Positions 51,069-63,858 of a stretch of DNA of 64,000 nucleotides are shown piece by piece; the stretch's first letter is position 1; every line of letters begins with the position of its first letter. Position numbers and translations under genes: made by a program. Source of the DNA: Lingula anatina (lineage: Eukaryota; Animalia; Brachiopoda); the NCBI GenBank assembly GCA_051362555.1, contig CM120644.1:20234534-20298533 (forward strand), in the 5' to 3' direction. The notes beneath the pieces were generated by a model. The model had not been told where the DNA came from, did no database searches, and saw only the letters and a list, made by a program, of their open reading frames with translations.

Positions 51069-51614
51069 TTACATGCACTTTTTCTATACTGTCCTCAACA
51101 TCTGAAACAATTTTTATCTTTGAAATTAGCTAAAGAAGAATGATATAAAATAAAAACTTAACATTCCATATCTGTGCATGTTCAAATAGGATTCAGTATT
51201 ACAATTTATGGCAGAAACATTCAAATATTTTAATGACTTAAATATGCTAAAGACTTTGCTTGAGCAACATGCTTGTGGTGTGTATGTGCATGTGTGTATG
51301 TGGGTTTGTTAGTTTATGTATGTGTGCACACATGCTTCATAAGTATATATAAAAAGTCATAACTATTTTACTGAGATTCCTGTCTTACCTATCTCATCAA
51401 TACTTAAGAGTCTTTACAAGTGTTACATTGTTCTTTTCTTTCAGTTTGGTATCAACTGAAAGATAGTTACGGAACAGAACTGAATTTTCAAGACAACATT
51501 ATGTGTGTTCAATCTTTACAGAGCAAAAGCATTAATTTATCAGAAGATAAAGTATCTTCTTAAGTCTGTCAAAGGTCAGACTTTGCTTGTGCAACATCCA
51601 TATGCAAGTACAGT

Positions 51615-51648
<34 letters not shown>

Positions 51649-51719
51649 AATGTACATGCACAATCACATGTCATCAGTGCAATAAATAGATACCTATTCT
51701 ATAGACCATGCTGTCTTAC

Positions 51720-51767
51720 CTCTCTCCTTAATGTCCTCTGTCACAGTTGTTGTGCCTTTGACATCAA
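51720..51767 (-). CDS. Micro-exon, 48 nt, phase 1-1: (V)DVKGTTTVTEDIKER
   Basis: ttttttctacag| ... |gtaagac; open in phase 1. Confidence 0.6.
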
Positions 51768-52459
51768 CTGTAGAAAAAAATGAAACACAAATATTAAACA
51801 TTCCATGCCTGTGCACAACAAGGATTCAATACCACTGTCAAAAGACGCATTCAAAGATTTAGCTCACTGAACAAGGAATAAAAACACAATGTTTGTAACA
51901 GGCTGATCTAGAAAGATTTTCTGACAGTCTTCCAAATTATGTTTGTTGATCCATTATGGGTCGTCTTCTGACAAAAAAAATTAGATCCCTATCAATGTCA
52001 ATTTGAAAAATTCTGACCATCTTCCAGAAGACCCAGAATCGCCCCTGTTTGTGTCTGAGAGCCTGTTTGTGTGTGTGTACATTTTAAGTGTGTTAAATGA
52101 ACACCTGTTAATTGACCTTACTGTCTTAATTACCTCTCTCGGATCCTTGCTGCCCTCAGCATCTGACACACTCTTTGTCTTTGATATCAGTTACAGAGAA
52201 AAATGAAATCAAATACAAACTTAACATTCCATTCCAAAAGGATTTAGTAGACCTATTACAATTTGATGAAGACACATTCAGAGATTTAATTGACTTAAAA
52301 ATAAATAAATAAATTATCTTCTTAAGTAAAAGACCATATATACTTCACTTGAGCAACATGCTTGCGGTATGTACATGTATGTGTGTTTGTTAGTGTATGC
52401 ATTTGTGCAAGTATATTAAAATTCATAATATTATTATTTTACTGAGATTCCAGCCTTAC

Positions 52460-52513
52460 CTATTTCCTCAAGGGTCTTAACAATTGCTACAGTATTCTCT
52501 TCTTTGGTATCAC
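52460..52513 (-). CDS. Micro-exon, 54 nt, phase 1-1: (G)DTKEENTVAIVKTLEEI
   Basis: ctgttctttcag| ... |gtaagg; open in phase 1. Confidence 0.6.
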
Positions 52514-52788
52514 CTGAAAGAACAGAATTGAATTTTAAGGAATACCAATTATGTGAGTATGTTGGAGTATGATGGAGACAAAGAGAAGCGTGTGTTAGCC
52601 TGTCAATCTGATTGTATTCAGTGAGAGTTCCCATGGAGTTCGTGCACATTAGCTAGGTCTCCAAATTCATTGTCAACAGCCCCTGAGGGTCCAGACTTGC
52701 ACCCTGAGAGTCAGGGCATTGTTGAATCCTTGCCAAAAGATTAAAAAAAGCATCTAGTTGATTGAATAGAGCAATGGTGAGGACTTAC

Positions 52789-52827
52789 CACTGGTGTGGA
52801 CTTCAGGCTTGTACATGTAGTTCAACT
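52789..52827 (-). CDS. Micro-exon, 39 nt, phase 1-1: xLNYMYKPEVHTS(G)
   Basis: catcttattccag| ... |gtaagt; open in phase 1 and in frame with the downstream exons. Confidence 0.55.
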
Positions 52828-53602
52828 CTGGAATAAGATGGCACATTTATTTGTTATTCACGAGTTATGATATAGATTAAAATATAGACCAAAATGTATT
52901 TGACAATGTTAAAGGACCATTTCAACATTTCTTTCCATAGGATATACAGGTAGGATAGGCCATACTCATTTTCTTGTATAACATGGGATTCTAAAGCACA
53001 GGGCATTGTAAAAGTTAATTGGGTACAGAGACTTGTTATCCTTCATGCAGTTTTATAGCGTGGATGAACTAGAAACAGGCTTTAATTAGCTTTACTTAAT
53101 TTATGAAAATTTAAACAAAATCAATCTGCAAGGCTTGCATTGACTTTATGTTAACCTAACACTGGTTTTAAAAGAAGAAATATGATAATATAATAATAGA
53201 AATATATATTGGATGGATTAAATCACCGACACCGTTCTATTTTAACTTAACGTGGTCATATACACAGTAACACAGATAATATTTATAAGTTGTCTGTCGT
53301 TCAGCACGCATTATAGGCGAGTAGCCAAACAGTGACGATGATCAATCCAAGTAAAATCTAGGCAAGTATTGTTTACAAAATAGTTCATGATTAATAAACC
53401 TACGCTTTAATAAATAATCACCACACAGTTCTGTTTTTGTCACTTAAAAGCTTTCGTTTAAAGACGCTCAATGATATCAAAAATGATTCGACGCTTTAAA
53501 AATGGACCGGTTCAAGGGCCATTCAGAATGAGAAGATCCGAGTGCTAACTGGTTCACAGCTTAAATATGTCAGACCTACATGAAAGGAAGACTGCTTAAT
53601 CC

Positions 53603-53732
53603 TGTAATGGTCTCTCCGCCTCTTACACACCTCCCCAAGCTTTAATTGTCCCTGAAGGGGAACAGTAATTAAATCTCAGTTCCATTTGATCAGACACATG
53701 GGGAGGCATGTGAGAGGCAGAGATGTATTACA
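53603..53732. repeat. Fold-back (MITE-like) inverted repeat; its left arm plus upstream bases also occur at ~45092-45157
   Basis: TGTAATGGTCTCTCCGCCTCTTACACACCTCCCCA pairs imperfectly with TGGGGAGGCATGTGAGAGGCAGAGATGTATTACA. Confidence 0.65.
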
Positions 53733-53747
53733 CGGTACAAGGACTAA

Positions 53748-53973
53748 GGGTGCTTTCCCAGAGATTTAGATCGATCTAAAGATTAAGATTTAGATCGACC
53801 TAACTCCCTGGGGGTTCACGCTAAATTGCAGTCAGCCGAGCGGGCACCATAGTTAATTACCCCCTTGCAGCTTTTAGTAGGTGGGACAGACGCTTAAGCC
53901 GGCCAAGTTGACAGTAATCTAGTGAGACTCCCCACAGGGATAGATCGATCTAAAAATCTATGGAAATGGGGTG
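53748..53973. mobile_element. PIF/Harbinger-like MITE, inverted sister of 50854-51068
   Basis: Reverse-complement match to 50854-51068; TAA at the left flank. Confidence 0.75.
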
Positions 53974-55148
53974 CAAAACTTGCGCTCTGAAAATCAACAG
54001 CTACAAGGACCAAGACTTGCACCCTGACAATCCATATTTGCATTTGAATAAACCACATATATGAAATAAACTTGCACAGTAAAAATAAAACAATGCATTG
54101 TTTAGTTGCATATACCTTACATTTTTAACTAACGTCATGTGGTTAAAGCCATAAATAATTCAATCCACAAACTGCATTTATATATACTGATAACCAATAG
54201 CTATTAATATTGGCAAGAGCACAACTCAGGAATTTACTTTTCCATACCTTATAAGTATATTGCAGAGGTTGTGATGGTGCTCATTGCCACACAGCATTTG
54301 AAAATGATGGGTGCTTTTGTTATGATAATTGCAGGTTAAGGCACGGAAAAAAGGATTAATCCTGGTCCTAGTCATTCTATTCAAGCCTAGAAAAAAAATT
54401 AATGGAGTTTTCAATACAATATCTTTTAAATAATTTCTACCTACATTTATCACATGCTCACACACATACACACTGAAATTAATAATTATAAGTTGCAATC
54501 TTTGTAATAGGTAAACTTAAACAGCACCATTTACAATCAATCTTTTAATTCATATCAGTATTGATAAACAAAGTTCATCTGGAATAGAACTTTGGGCAAA
54601 GTTGCACACTCATCAGCAATTAAAAATCCAATTTGAATCAAGGCCTGAAAATATTGGAAAACCCATGCAAGTCAAGGCACCACAATCTGTGGTGTTCCCC
54701 ACTATCATGCCCTTACCATTGAAGGTCCTGTTTCATTTAATGTACAATAATTATAGATTTAAAAAGATGAGTTTTACAGATGATCTACATCTTCCCATTA
54801 TACAGTAATTATATGTACTTGACCTTTTCAATAGGAAAAAAGTTGTGATTTTTACAAATATTGTATTCAGTATTTTCAAATTCATAATTTCTAAAAATCA
54901 GAACATTCCTATGGGACGTACAGTACAAACAAATTTAAAACATGCTACTATATAGTTCTTTTCTATGCAGAAAAAGCACCACAAATGCTATAAAGAATAG
55001 ATATTATACTTATAAATTTAAGTATCTGAATGTTTGATAATTTTTGCCCATCAAAAAGATTGAGTGTTTACTGTATGTTCTTTTTTTTTTTGTGGAACAA
55101 CTGTAATTTCCTTTTAAAAGCACAAACTTAAAAGTCATGCATTTGCAG

Positions 55149-55194
<46 letters not shown>

Positions 55195-56406
55195 GCAATG
55201 AATCATATGTAAACATCAACTGAAGGAGAGAGAGAAAGAGAGAGAGAAATTAATCATATATAAGCAGTGACTGACAGACCTCCACAGAATTAGGACCTGT
55301 AGATTTCCGGAACATGAAGTGCAGGTCTTCCAGACCTTCAGTACCTCCAAAGTTTTCCCCATGTTTAAATTTGCAATACACAAATGGAAGATAAAGGTAT
55401 GATAACAAAACACACATGCTGCCATATCCTCAAGAGCATCAAAATTGGTTTCCCTAACCAGACTACATGTATAAACCACAGTTTTGCTGACAAATCCAGT
55501 GGGTTAACAAAAACAATTCCGTAATGGTCAAAATCAGCTGTTCCTTATAAATGATTTTTTGCCTATCACTTACTGACAAGACACATACATATTATTCATC
55601 TGTGTTATACTGCCATTTTTATGACACTATTCCACTCAAAACCCCCAACCAATGCGGCATTAAAATTTATTTTGGGTTTATGTCAAAATTAACACAACAC
55701 ATTTGCTCCCCCCCCCCCCCCCACATGTTTAAAGCCCAAATTTAAGGTCCATATATTTTAAAACATGCCTATGGTTAGATGGTTAGTTTATAATGCTGTA
55801 CCTTTCACAACTACATGTACTTATACATGTATTATAGCTAGTACAATGTACCAATCCCCCCCCCCTCCCCCACCTGCAAACAAGTACCTGTACACCACCA
55901 TATGCACATACAGAGGTACAATGTGTACTGTACGTGTATGCAGGACAGGTGACAACGTGATTCCGCAAACCACTTAATCATCTTATTCACAAAAAAAACA
56001 TGAAGAAATTGCATAAGAAGCCAAGTATCCATCACTCGATTGACAAAATGATAGTTACCGGGCCGGTACGGTGAATATACAGCTTGTTGGAAATGTTGAA
56101 AATCTAAAAGTTACAGGCCATCGCACATTTTAAACATTTTCTTTGTTCAAAAGTGAATGCCAAACTATGAAAAAACAGGTACAGATAAAAAAAAACGTTA
56201 AGCTAGATTTGGCACAATTCAAAAGTATATGTTTTGCGTGCGGTCATTTCGCTACTCGCCAGTAACTTAAGAAAATATTCAGTGAAATCGATACACAGAT
56301 ATTCCTTTGATGTATAAAATGTTAGATAATTATATACCGTATCGTCTAGTTAAGTTAATTAGTATAAAACTCGAAAGGCCATTGTATAAACACCCCTACA
56401 TCTTAC

Positions 56407-56553
56407 AGGTCTCTATGCCTTTATCTCCCGCCGTTTTCTCTTGGAGCTTCAACTCTCTTTTTGAAAACGAGGCCAAGTCTAAAAATTTCCTAAATAACCG
56501 CCATGCTTGCCGTCTGCTGCCCAGGCTGTGAGCCGGTTGCTCCCACAGGGTAT
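56407..56553 (-). other. Candidate exon, 147 nt, phase 1-1: xTLWEQPAHSLGSRRQAWRLFRKFLDLASFSKRELKLQEKTAGDKGIET
   Basis: tacag| ... |gtaaga with an open frame; a conserved inverted paralog with the same donor lies at 63767-63869; the polypyrimidine tract is weak. Confidence 0.4.
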
Positions 56554-57914
56554 CTGTACATTATTATGTAATTCAGATGAGAGGTGTTCAGAAAGGTCAG
56601 TAGAAGATGGAGGAGACAGATATTCAGGGTACGTTGCCACAATTGCCACATGTCGGCCAAAAAATAAGCACAAAAAATGACATCAATTTGCATTCTATAC
56701 ATGATATAAAATTGCGTATTTTGTGTTGACGACGTTGGCCCAAATGATGCAGTTTGCTTTAGTCCTTATGACCGTAGAAACATTGTACAAACGTCAAATA
56801 CACTTAATTAGCAGTCAAAAATCAACTATAAGTTTGAATAATACATATTTTGTTATTTTAGAAAGGAAACGCATTTGCCAATAAGGAAGTGATGTGCTTA
56901 TTTTGGCTGCCAAAAGGTCTGAACTATAGACATCCGTCTTCAACAGTGTAAAACTATTGGGTAGGTATTATACATTCTTTTTATGGGTTTTGTTTTATTG
57001 GAGAGGACATTGACTAGTTTTTCATCAATATGCCCTACAAACTGTTAAAGGGATAACAACTGGTTGTTTTGGCAAAGAAATTATTTATCTGGGGAAAACG
57101 ACTATCTCCCATACCCATACTAACCAATGTTTAACTACATTCAAAGTTAGTCCATGTTTTTTTTTTCTAAAAAGTTTTTTTTCTTGTAATAATTTGTTAA
57201 GAGATTGTTACAGAGGCATAATCAACCACATATATATGGTTTGTTGGCAAGCACAGATTTCAGTATAATTACCACTGTTTTGTGGTAAAATTGAGTCTGT
57301 TATATTTCTACATGTATGAGTTGTTTATAATGTTTTTATTGGGAAATACTAATCTCATACGAACAGATGTCATTCTTTTAATGTCTCCTCGTCTTCTGTT
57401 TTTATTTTCCTGAACCCCCCTCCCCAGAAAACCTTGGCTTGGCCATTGAAAACGTGCCTAGATAATGCACATGTATTTTTCGATCCTGTCAATCTTATGC
57501 ACACTTCGCCCATCAAATGTTTTCGTTTACCGATCTGATTTTTTTACATATCTGTGAATTTTTCCGTGATATAAGTGCAGGCTCTTTTCATATCGCATCT
57601 AACTTATGAATCTAAAGAAGCACGTTGACGTTAAACAATATGTACAGTGTATAAAAGAATGAGAATGACTCCATTGTAAAGTCCTCTACTTAAGAAAATG
57701 TGGTGCTTCATTAAATATGTTCATATTATTTTAAAGTTGAATAGAATTTTATATGTAAATGCCAAATAAGATGCTGTAATGATCTACATATTGCTTTATC
57801 AAATTGTTTGTTTTCTTAATCTGATTTTCTTCTAATTTCAGGGACTCCAACCTACTGAATTTCCAGGAAATAGGATATATGCTCCATGAAAGATCTAGGC
57901 TTCAGATCCAGACT

Positions 57915-60735
57915 GCTATGATGCTGACTGTCTCGATTGTCCTGCCATGATGCTGACAGTCTTGGTTGTCCTGCCATGAAGCTAGCAGACATGGTTGTCC
58001 AGCCAGGGTTCTGGCAGATTAAGATGTGCTGCCATTCTGGTGGCATTCTTGGCTGTCCTGCCATGAAGCTGGCAGTCTGGGTTGTCCTGCCATGTTCTGG
58101 CAGTCTCGGTTGTCCTGCCATGTTCTGGCAGTCTCAGTTGTCTTGCCATGATGCTGGCAGACTTGGTTGTCCTGCCATGTTTCTAGCAGATTCGGCTGTC
58201 CTGTCATTCTGATGGCAGGTTCGGCTGTCCTGTCATGAAGCTGGCAGTCTGAGTTGTCCTGCCATGTTCTGGCAGTCTCGGTTGTCCTGCCATGTTCTGG
58301 CAGTCTAATTGTCTTGCCATGATGCTGGCAGACTTGGTTGTCCTGCCATGTTTCTAGCAGATTCGGCTGTCCTGTCATTCTGATGGCAGGTTCGGCTGTC
58401 CTGCCATGAAGCTGGCAGTCTGAGTTGTCCTGCCATGTTCTGGCAGTCTCGGTTGTCCTGCCATGTTCTGGCAGTCTAATCGTCTTGCCATGATGCTGGC
58501 AGACTTGGTTGTCCTGCCATGTTTCTAGCAGATGCGGCTGTCCTGTCATTCTGATGGCAGGTTCGGCTGTCCTGCCATGAAGCTGGCAGTCTGAGATGTC
58601 CTGCCATGTTCTGGCAGTCTCGGTTGTCCTGCCATGTTCTGGCAGTCTAATTGTCTTGCCATGATACTGGCAGACTTGGTTGTCCTGCCATGTTTCTAGC
58701 AGATGCGGCTGTCCTGTCATTCTGATGGCAGGTTCGGCTGTTCTGCCATGAAGCTGGCAGTCTGAGATGTCCTGCCATGTTCTGGCAGTCTCGGTTGTCC
58801 TGCCATGTTCTGGCAGTCTAATTGTCTTGCCATTATGCTGGCAGACTTGGTTGTCCTGCCATGTTTCTAGCAGATGCGGCTGTCCTGTCATTCTGATGGC
58901 AGGTTCGGCTGTCCTGCCATGAAGCTGGCAGTCTGAGATGTCCTGCCATGTTCTGGCAGTCTCGGTTGTCCTGCCATGTTCTGGCAGTCTAATTGTCTTG
59001 CCATGATACTGGCAGACTTGGTTGTCCTGCCATGTTTCTAGCAGATGCGGCTGTCCTGTCATTCTGATGGCAGGTTCGGCTGTTCTGCCATGAAGCTGGC
59101 AGTCTGAGATGTCCTGCCATGTTCTGGCAGTCTCGGTTGTCCTGCCATGTTCTGGCAGTCTAATTGTCTTGCCATGATACTGGCAGACTTGGTTGTCCTG
59201 CCATGTTTCTAGCAGATGCGGCTGTCCTGTCATTCTGATGGCAGGTTCGGCTGTCCTGCCTTGAAGCTGGCAGTCTGAGATGTCCTGCCATGTTCTGGCA
59301 GTCTCGGTTGTCCTGCCATGTTCTGGCAGTCTAATTGTCTTGCCATGATGCTGGCAGACTTGGTTGTCCTGCCATGTTTCTAGCAGATTCGGCTGTCCTG
59401 TCATTCTGATGGCAGTCTCGGCTGTCCTGCCATGAAGCTGGCAGTCTGGCCTGTCCTGCTGTGTTCTGGCAGTCTTAGTTGTCTTACCATGATGCTTGCA
59501 GACTTGGTTGTCTTTCCATGTTCTGGCAATGTCAATTTTTGTGCCATGTTCCGGCAGTCTGGGTTGTCCTGCCATGATGCTGGCAGTCTTGATAGTCCTG
59601 CCATGACACTGGCAGTCTGGGATGTCCTGCCATGACATTGGCAGTCTCGGTTGTCCTGCCATGACATTGGCAGTCTCGGTTGTCCTGCCATGACATTGGC
59701 AGTCTCGGTTGTCCTGCCATGACATTGGCAGTCTCGGTTGTCCTGCCATGACATTGGCAGTCTCGGTTGTCCTGTTATGACATTGACAGTCTCGGTTGTC
59801 CTGCCATGACATTGGCAGTCTCGGTTGTCCTGTTATGACATTGACAGTCTCGGTTGTCCTGCCATGACATTGGCAGTCTCGGTTGTCCTGTTATGACATT
59901 GACAGTCTCGGTTGTCCTGCCATGACATTGGCAGTCTCGGTTGTCCTGTTATGACATTGACAGTCTCGGTTGTCCTGCCATGACATTGGCAGTCTCGGTT
60001 GTCCTGTTATGACATTGACAGTCTCGGTTGTCCTGCCATGACATTGGCAGTCTCGGTTGTCCTGCCATGACATTGGCAGTCCCGGTTGTCCTGTTATGAC
60101 ATTGACAGTCCCGGTTGTCCTGCCATGACACTGGCAGTCTCGGTCGTCCTGCCATGACACTGGCAGTCCCGGTCGTCCTGCCATGACACTGGCAGTCTCG
60201 GTCGTCCTGCCATGACATTGGCAGTCTCGGTCGTCCTGCCATGTTCTGGCAGTCTGGGTTGTCCTGCCATGTTCTGGCAGTCTCGGTTGTCCTGCCATGT
60301 TCTGGCAGTCTCGTGGTCCTGCCATGTTCTGGCAGTCTCGATGGTCCTGCCATGTTCTGGCAGTCTCGTGGTCCTGCCATGTTCTGGCAGTCTCGATGGT
60401 CCTGTCATGTTCTGGCAGTCTCGTGGTCCTGCCATGTTCTGGCAGTCTCGATGGTCCTGTCATGTTCTGGCAGTCTCGTGGTCCTGCCATGTTCTGGCAG
60501 TCTCGTGGTCCTGCCATGTTCTGGCAGTCTTGATGGTCCTGTCATGTTCTGGCAGTCTCGATGGTCCTGTCATGTTCTGGCAGTCTCGTGGTCCTGCCAT
60601 GTTCTGGCAGTCTCGATGGTCCTGTCATGTTCTGGCAGTCTCGTTGGTCCTGCCATATTCTGGCAGTCTGGGTTGTCTTGCCATGTTCTGGCAGTTTTGG
60701 TTTCCTGCCATGATGCGGGTAGTCTCAGTTGTCCT
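57915..60735. repeat. Satellite of 27-29 bp monomers (core TGGCAGTCTCGGTTGTCCTGCCATG) with a 171-bp six-monomer higher-order repeat and 58-bp and 55-bp dimer sub-arrays
   Basis: CTAGCAGAT at 58183, 58354, 58525 ... 59380 (period 171); 29-bp GACATTGGCAG.. block at ~59600-60240; 27/28-bp block at ~60290-60650. Confidence 0.97.
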
Positions 60736-60737
60736 AA

Positions 60738-61170
60738 ACACTGTCATTTTTGCAGATGACATACAAGTGTATATTACATGCAAAAGCAACCAGACTTCTA
60801 TGGAGGCTTGTCTTGAAGAAATTCCAGAATGGTTGAAAGTGAACACGTTGGCTTTAAATGATACTAAGACTGCGTTGATTTGATTTACATCAAGGTTCAA
60901 GACAAATAGGAAAAATGCAGCAAATGCCAACATTTGCATAGGAGATGTTCTTATAAAACCATCTAGTTTTGTTAAAGATCTGGGAGTTCCCCTCAATGAA
61001 GATGGCACTGTGGGGAAGCATGTATTTGAAGTGTGTAAATCAGCATCTTATGCACTATGGCGCATTGGAAAAATAAGGAAAGTGTTAAATAACAAAACCA
61101 CTGAAAAATTAGTGCATGCATTTAAATCATCAAGATAACTTGATTACTGCATTAGTCTCTTTTTTGGTAT
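60738..61170 (+). mobile_element. L2/CR1-clade LINE reverse-transcriptase fragment, decayed
   Basis: VIFADDIQVY..CLEEIPEWLKVNTLALNDTKT..VKDLGVPL..HVFEVCKSASYALWRIGKIR..KLVHAFKSSR.LDYC, with stop codons. Confidence 0.9.
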
Positions 61171-61429
61171 ATGTCACCATCAGATAAAAAGAGAAGGGGT
61201 CTTTCAAAAGTTATGGTAAAGCTGATGCTGGCAGTCTCGGTTGCCCTGCCATGATCCTGGCACTGTGGGTCGTCCTGCCATTTCCTGGAAGTCTTCAGTT
61301 GCCCTGCCATGATGCTGGCAGTCTCACTTGTCATGCCATGTTCTGGCAGTTTTTGGTAGTCCTGCCATGTTATAGCAGTCTTGGCTGTCCTGCCATGATG
61401 ATGGTAGTCTTGGCTGTCCTGCCATGATG

Positions 61430-62165
61430 CTGTGTTAGGGTCAATCCAATTCTCATAATACATGCTACCTGTAGAAGTTATACTTAAACATGGTCTGAAC
61501 AATGTCATTTTTGCAGATGACACAAGTCTATATTACATGCAAGAGCAACCAGTCTGCAGCAATCACTTATATGGAGGCTTGTCCTGCAGAGATTCGAGAA
61601 AGGATAAATGTGATTTTTATGTGAACATGTTGGCTTTAAATGGTACTAAGACTGAGTCGATATGGTTGACATCAGGGTTCAAGGCAAATAGGAAAATGCA
61701 GCTAATGCCAACATTTGCATAGGAGATAGTTTTGTAAAAGATCTGGGAGTTACCCTCAATGAAAATGGCACTATGGGGAAGCTTATATCTGAAGTGTGTC
61801 AGCATCTTATGCACTGTGGCGCATTGGAAAAATAAGGGAAGTGTTAAATAACAGAACCACTGAAAAATTAGTTCATACATTTAAATCGTCAAGATAAGAT
61901 TACTGCAATAGTCTCCTTTTTGGTATACGTATGTGACTATTGTGGAGAGCATTTAATGCTTCCAGCGCTTTGCCTCCATTTCTTTCGAATAAACGTTGTT
62001 AAAAAAAAAAAATCAGATGAGAAAATTACAAGTTATTCAAAACTCATCTGCAAGACTGGTTTGTCAAGTAAAGTGCAATAGAACACACCTTATCACTCCC
62101 ATTCTGAAAGGATTACACTAGCTGCCAGTGAAGCAGAGGATTGATTATAAAGTACTTTGTATTAT
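61430..62165 (+). mobile_element. Second, overlapping-homologous L2 LINE fragment extending further 3'
   Basis: VLG....Y.LP...KHGLNNVIFADDT..DYCNSLLFG..LQVIQNSSARLV..ITPILKGLH*LPVKQRIDYKVL, the L2-type C-terminal motif. Confidence 0.88.
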
Positions 62166-63724
62166 TTTTAAGGCAATCCACACACAAAGACCCATCTATT
62201 TATCCAGTCTTGTGTTTTAACTCACCACGGCTGTCCACATGTTTTAATACTGAAAATTACCTTATTTTAGAACCTTCTGTTTTAGAGAAGGGGTCTTTTA
62301 AAGTTATGGTGAAGCTAATGCAGGCAATTTTGGTGGTCTTGCCATGATGCTGGCAGTCTCGGCTGTCCTGCCATGATGCTGGCAGTCTTGGTTATCCTGG
62401 GATGCTCAAATTAGAAAACCACCTCTAAAGGATTATCTTTTTTGTTTAAATTTATACTATTTTTGAAGTATTTTCATTTTTTTCATTCTGGCAGTGTTAT
62501 GTATTATTTTATTTAAATCAGTTTTACCTGTTTATTTTTCAGGGAGCGGTTACAAGGCAGCAAGAGAACTGATATAGACCTGTCATTCAGTGATTCATCA
62601 GTGATTCATGTCTAGATGTCTTACCATTACACCTGCAGCAGAGTGCCCCAGTGCATCTACCACTGCCTTTGGCTCTGTAGACAGCAAACTAATGAATCCC
62701 CCCCCCCCCAAAAAAAAAAAAAGCAGCCACCTTTGCCCTGTTCTCATTTGGACTCTGTATGTTGTGATATAGTCAATGTGATCCCAGTCTACCTGACAGC
62801 AGCACCAGCCGTCTAGCCAGCAAACAAAGCCACGTGTTATCATTTCCACCTTACTTAACTGCAGGCAGTCCGTCAATAGAGAGTGCAGTGAAAAAAATAT
62901 AAATCATTTAATTTGTAGTATGCATTTTCAGCTGAGAACAAAATTATTAAAGACATTTCTTCATCTGAATAATACATGGTACCAGACATTACCAGAAGCG
63001 ATATACCTGAATTCCTGTTTGTATTCCTCCAATGAAATGCAGCTTATGCATTTGTAAAAACACTTATTAGCTCTTGGTAGTTTTCATGCAGCCTGGTTTT
63101 GGTTGAAATAAAAATTTTCTGCTTGTACTCTTAAATATGAATCTGTACTAAAGTGTGAAGCCGTGTACCTGAAGCTGAGCGATTTTGATGGCTACAGTGT
63201 ACAGCTCTTTATATCTTTAGTGATCTTATGTGGGCAGTTTGCCTCTATGACATTTATATGAACAATGAACAGTTCACTTAATGATGTGATACCAATATAG
63301 ACCAATATATTTTTTAATCGTAAAGTTAATTGTTAATATTGCATAATTTAGTCTTTTACATAGCCTTTTCTGTCATTATTTTACTTGCAGTAATAAATAA
63401 ACTTGGAATAGTTATCATTGAAAGGAACATGCATGTATTGATGGCTGTTTTCTTCGTCATTTCCTGGGTAAAGTAAGAAAAGGCAATGTGTACTATTTAA
63501 CAAACATTGGTACTGTAGTGAAGATGTGGATGGCATCTTATTCAAATTGATTTTTTACCACCATTTAAGTGCAGTCTGTTCAGCATTTTTGTAATTCGAG
63601 TGTGTAGAAACACTGTTCTGTTGATTTTTAGTTTATTTCTCTTGAACAAACTCTAAACAGTAAAGGGAAACATGGAAGGAAGCAATTATTACAAGTATTT
63701 TTCTTTTTTATTAAATTAAATGCA

Positions 63725-63858
63725 GTTTTAGTACTGCCCAGGAGCCACCAGCTCATGACAGTTTGAGTTATTTAGGAAAATATTAGATTTGGCCTCGTTT
63801 TCAAAAAGGGAGCGGTTGCTCTAAGAAGAACTGGGGGGAGAAGAAGGCATAATTACAG
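63725..63858 (+). pseudogene. Inverted paralog of the 56407-56553 exon, carrying in-frame stops
   Basis: GTTATTTAGGAAAATATTAGATTTGGCCTCGTTTTCAAAAAGGGAG...ACAG|GTAAGATGTA reads LFRKILDLASFSKRERLL*; preceded by a tgcag acceptor. Confidence 0.5.

Noticed and set aside
58019-59812. 597-aa ORF with 57-aa repeats, and overlapping ORFs to 60883
   Set aside because: Translation of a stop-poor satellite; several frames and both strands are open and share the same peptides because of 28/29-bp frame shifting
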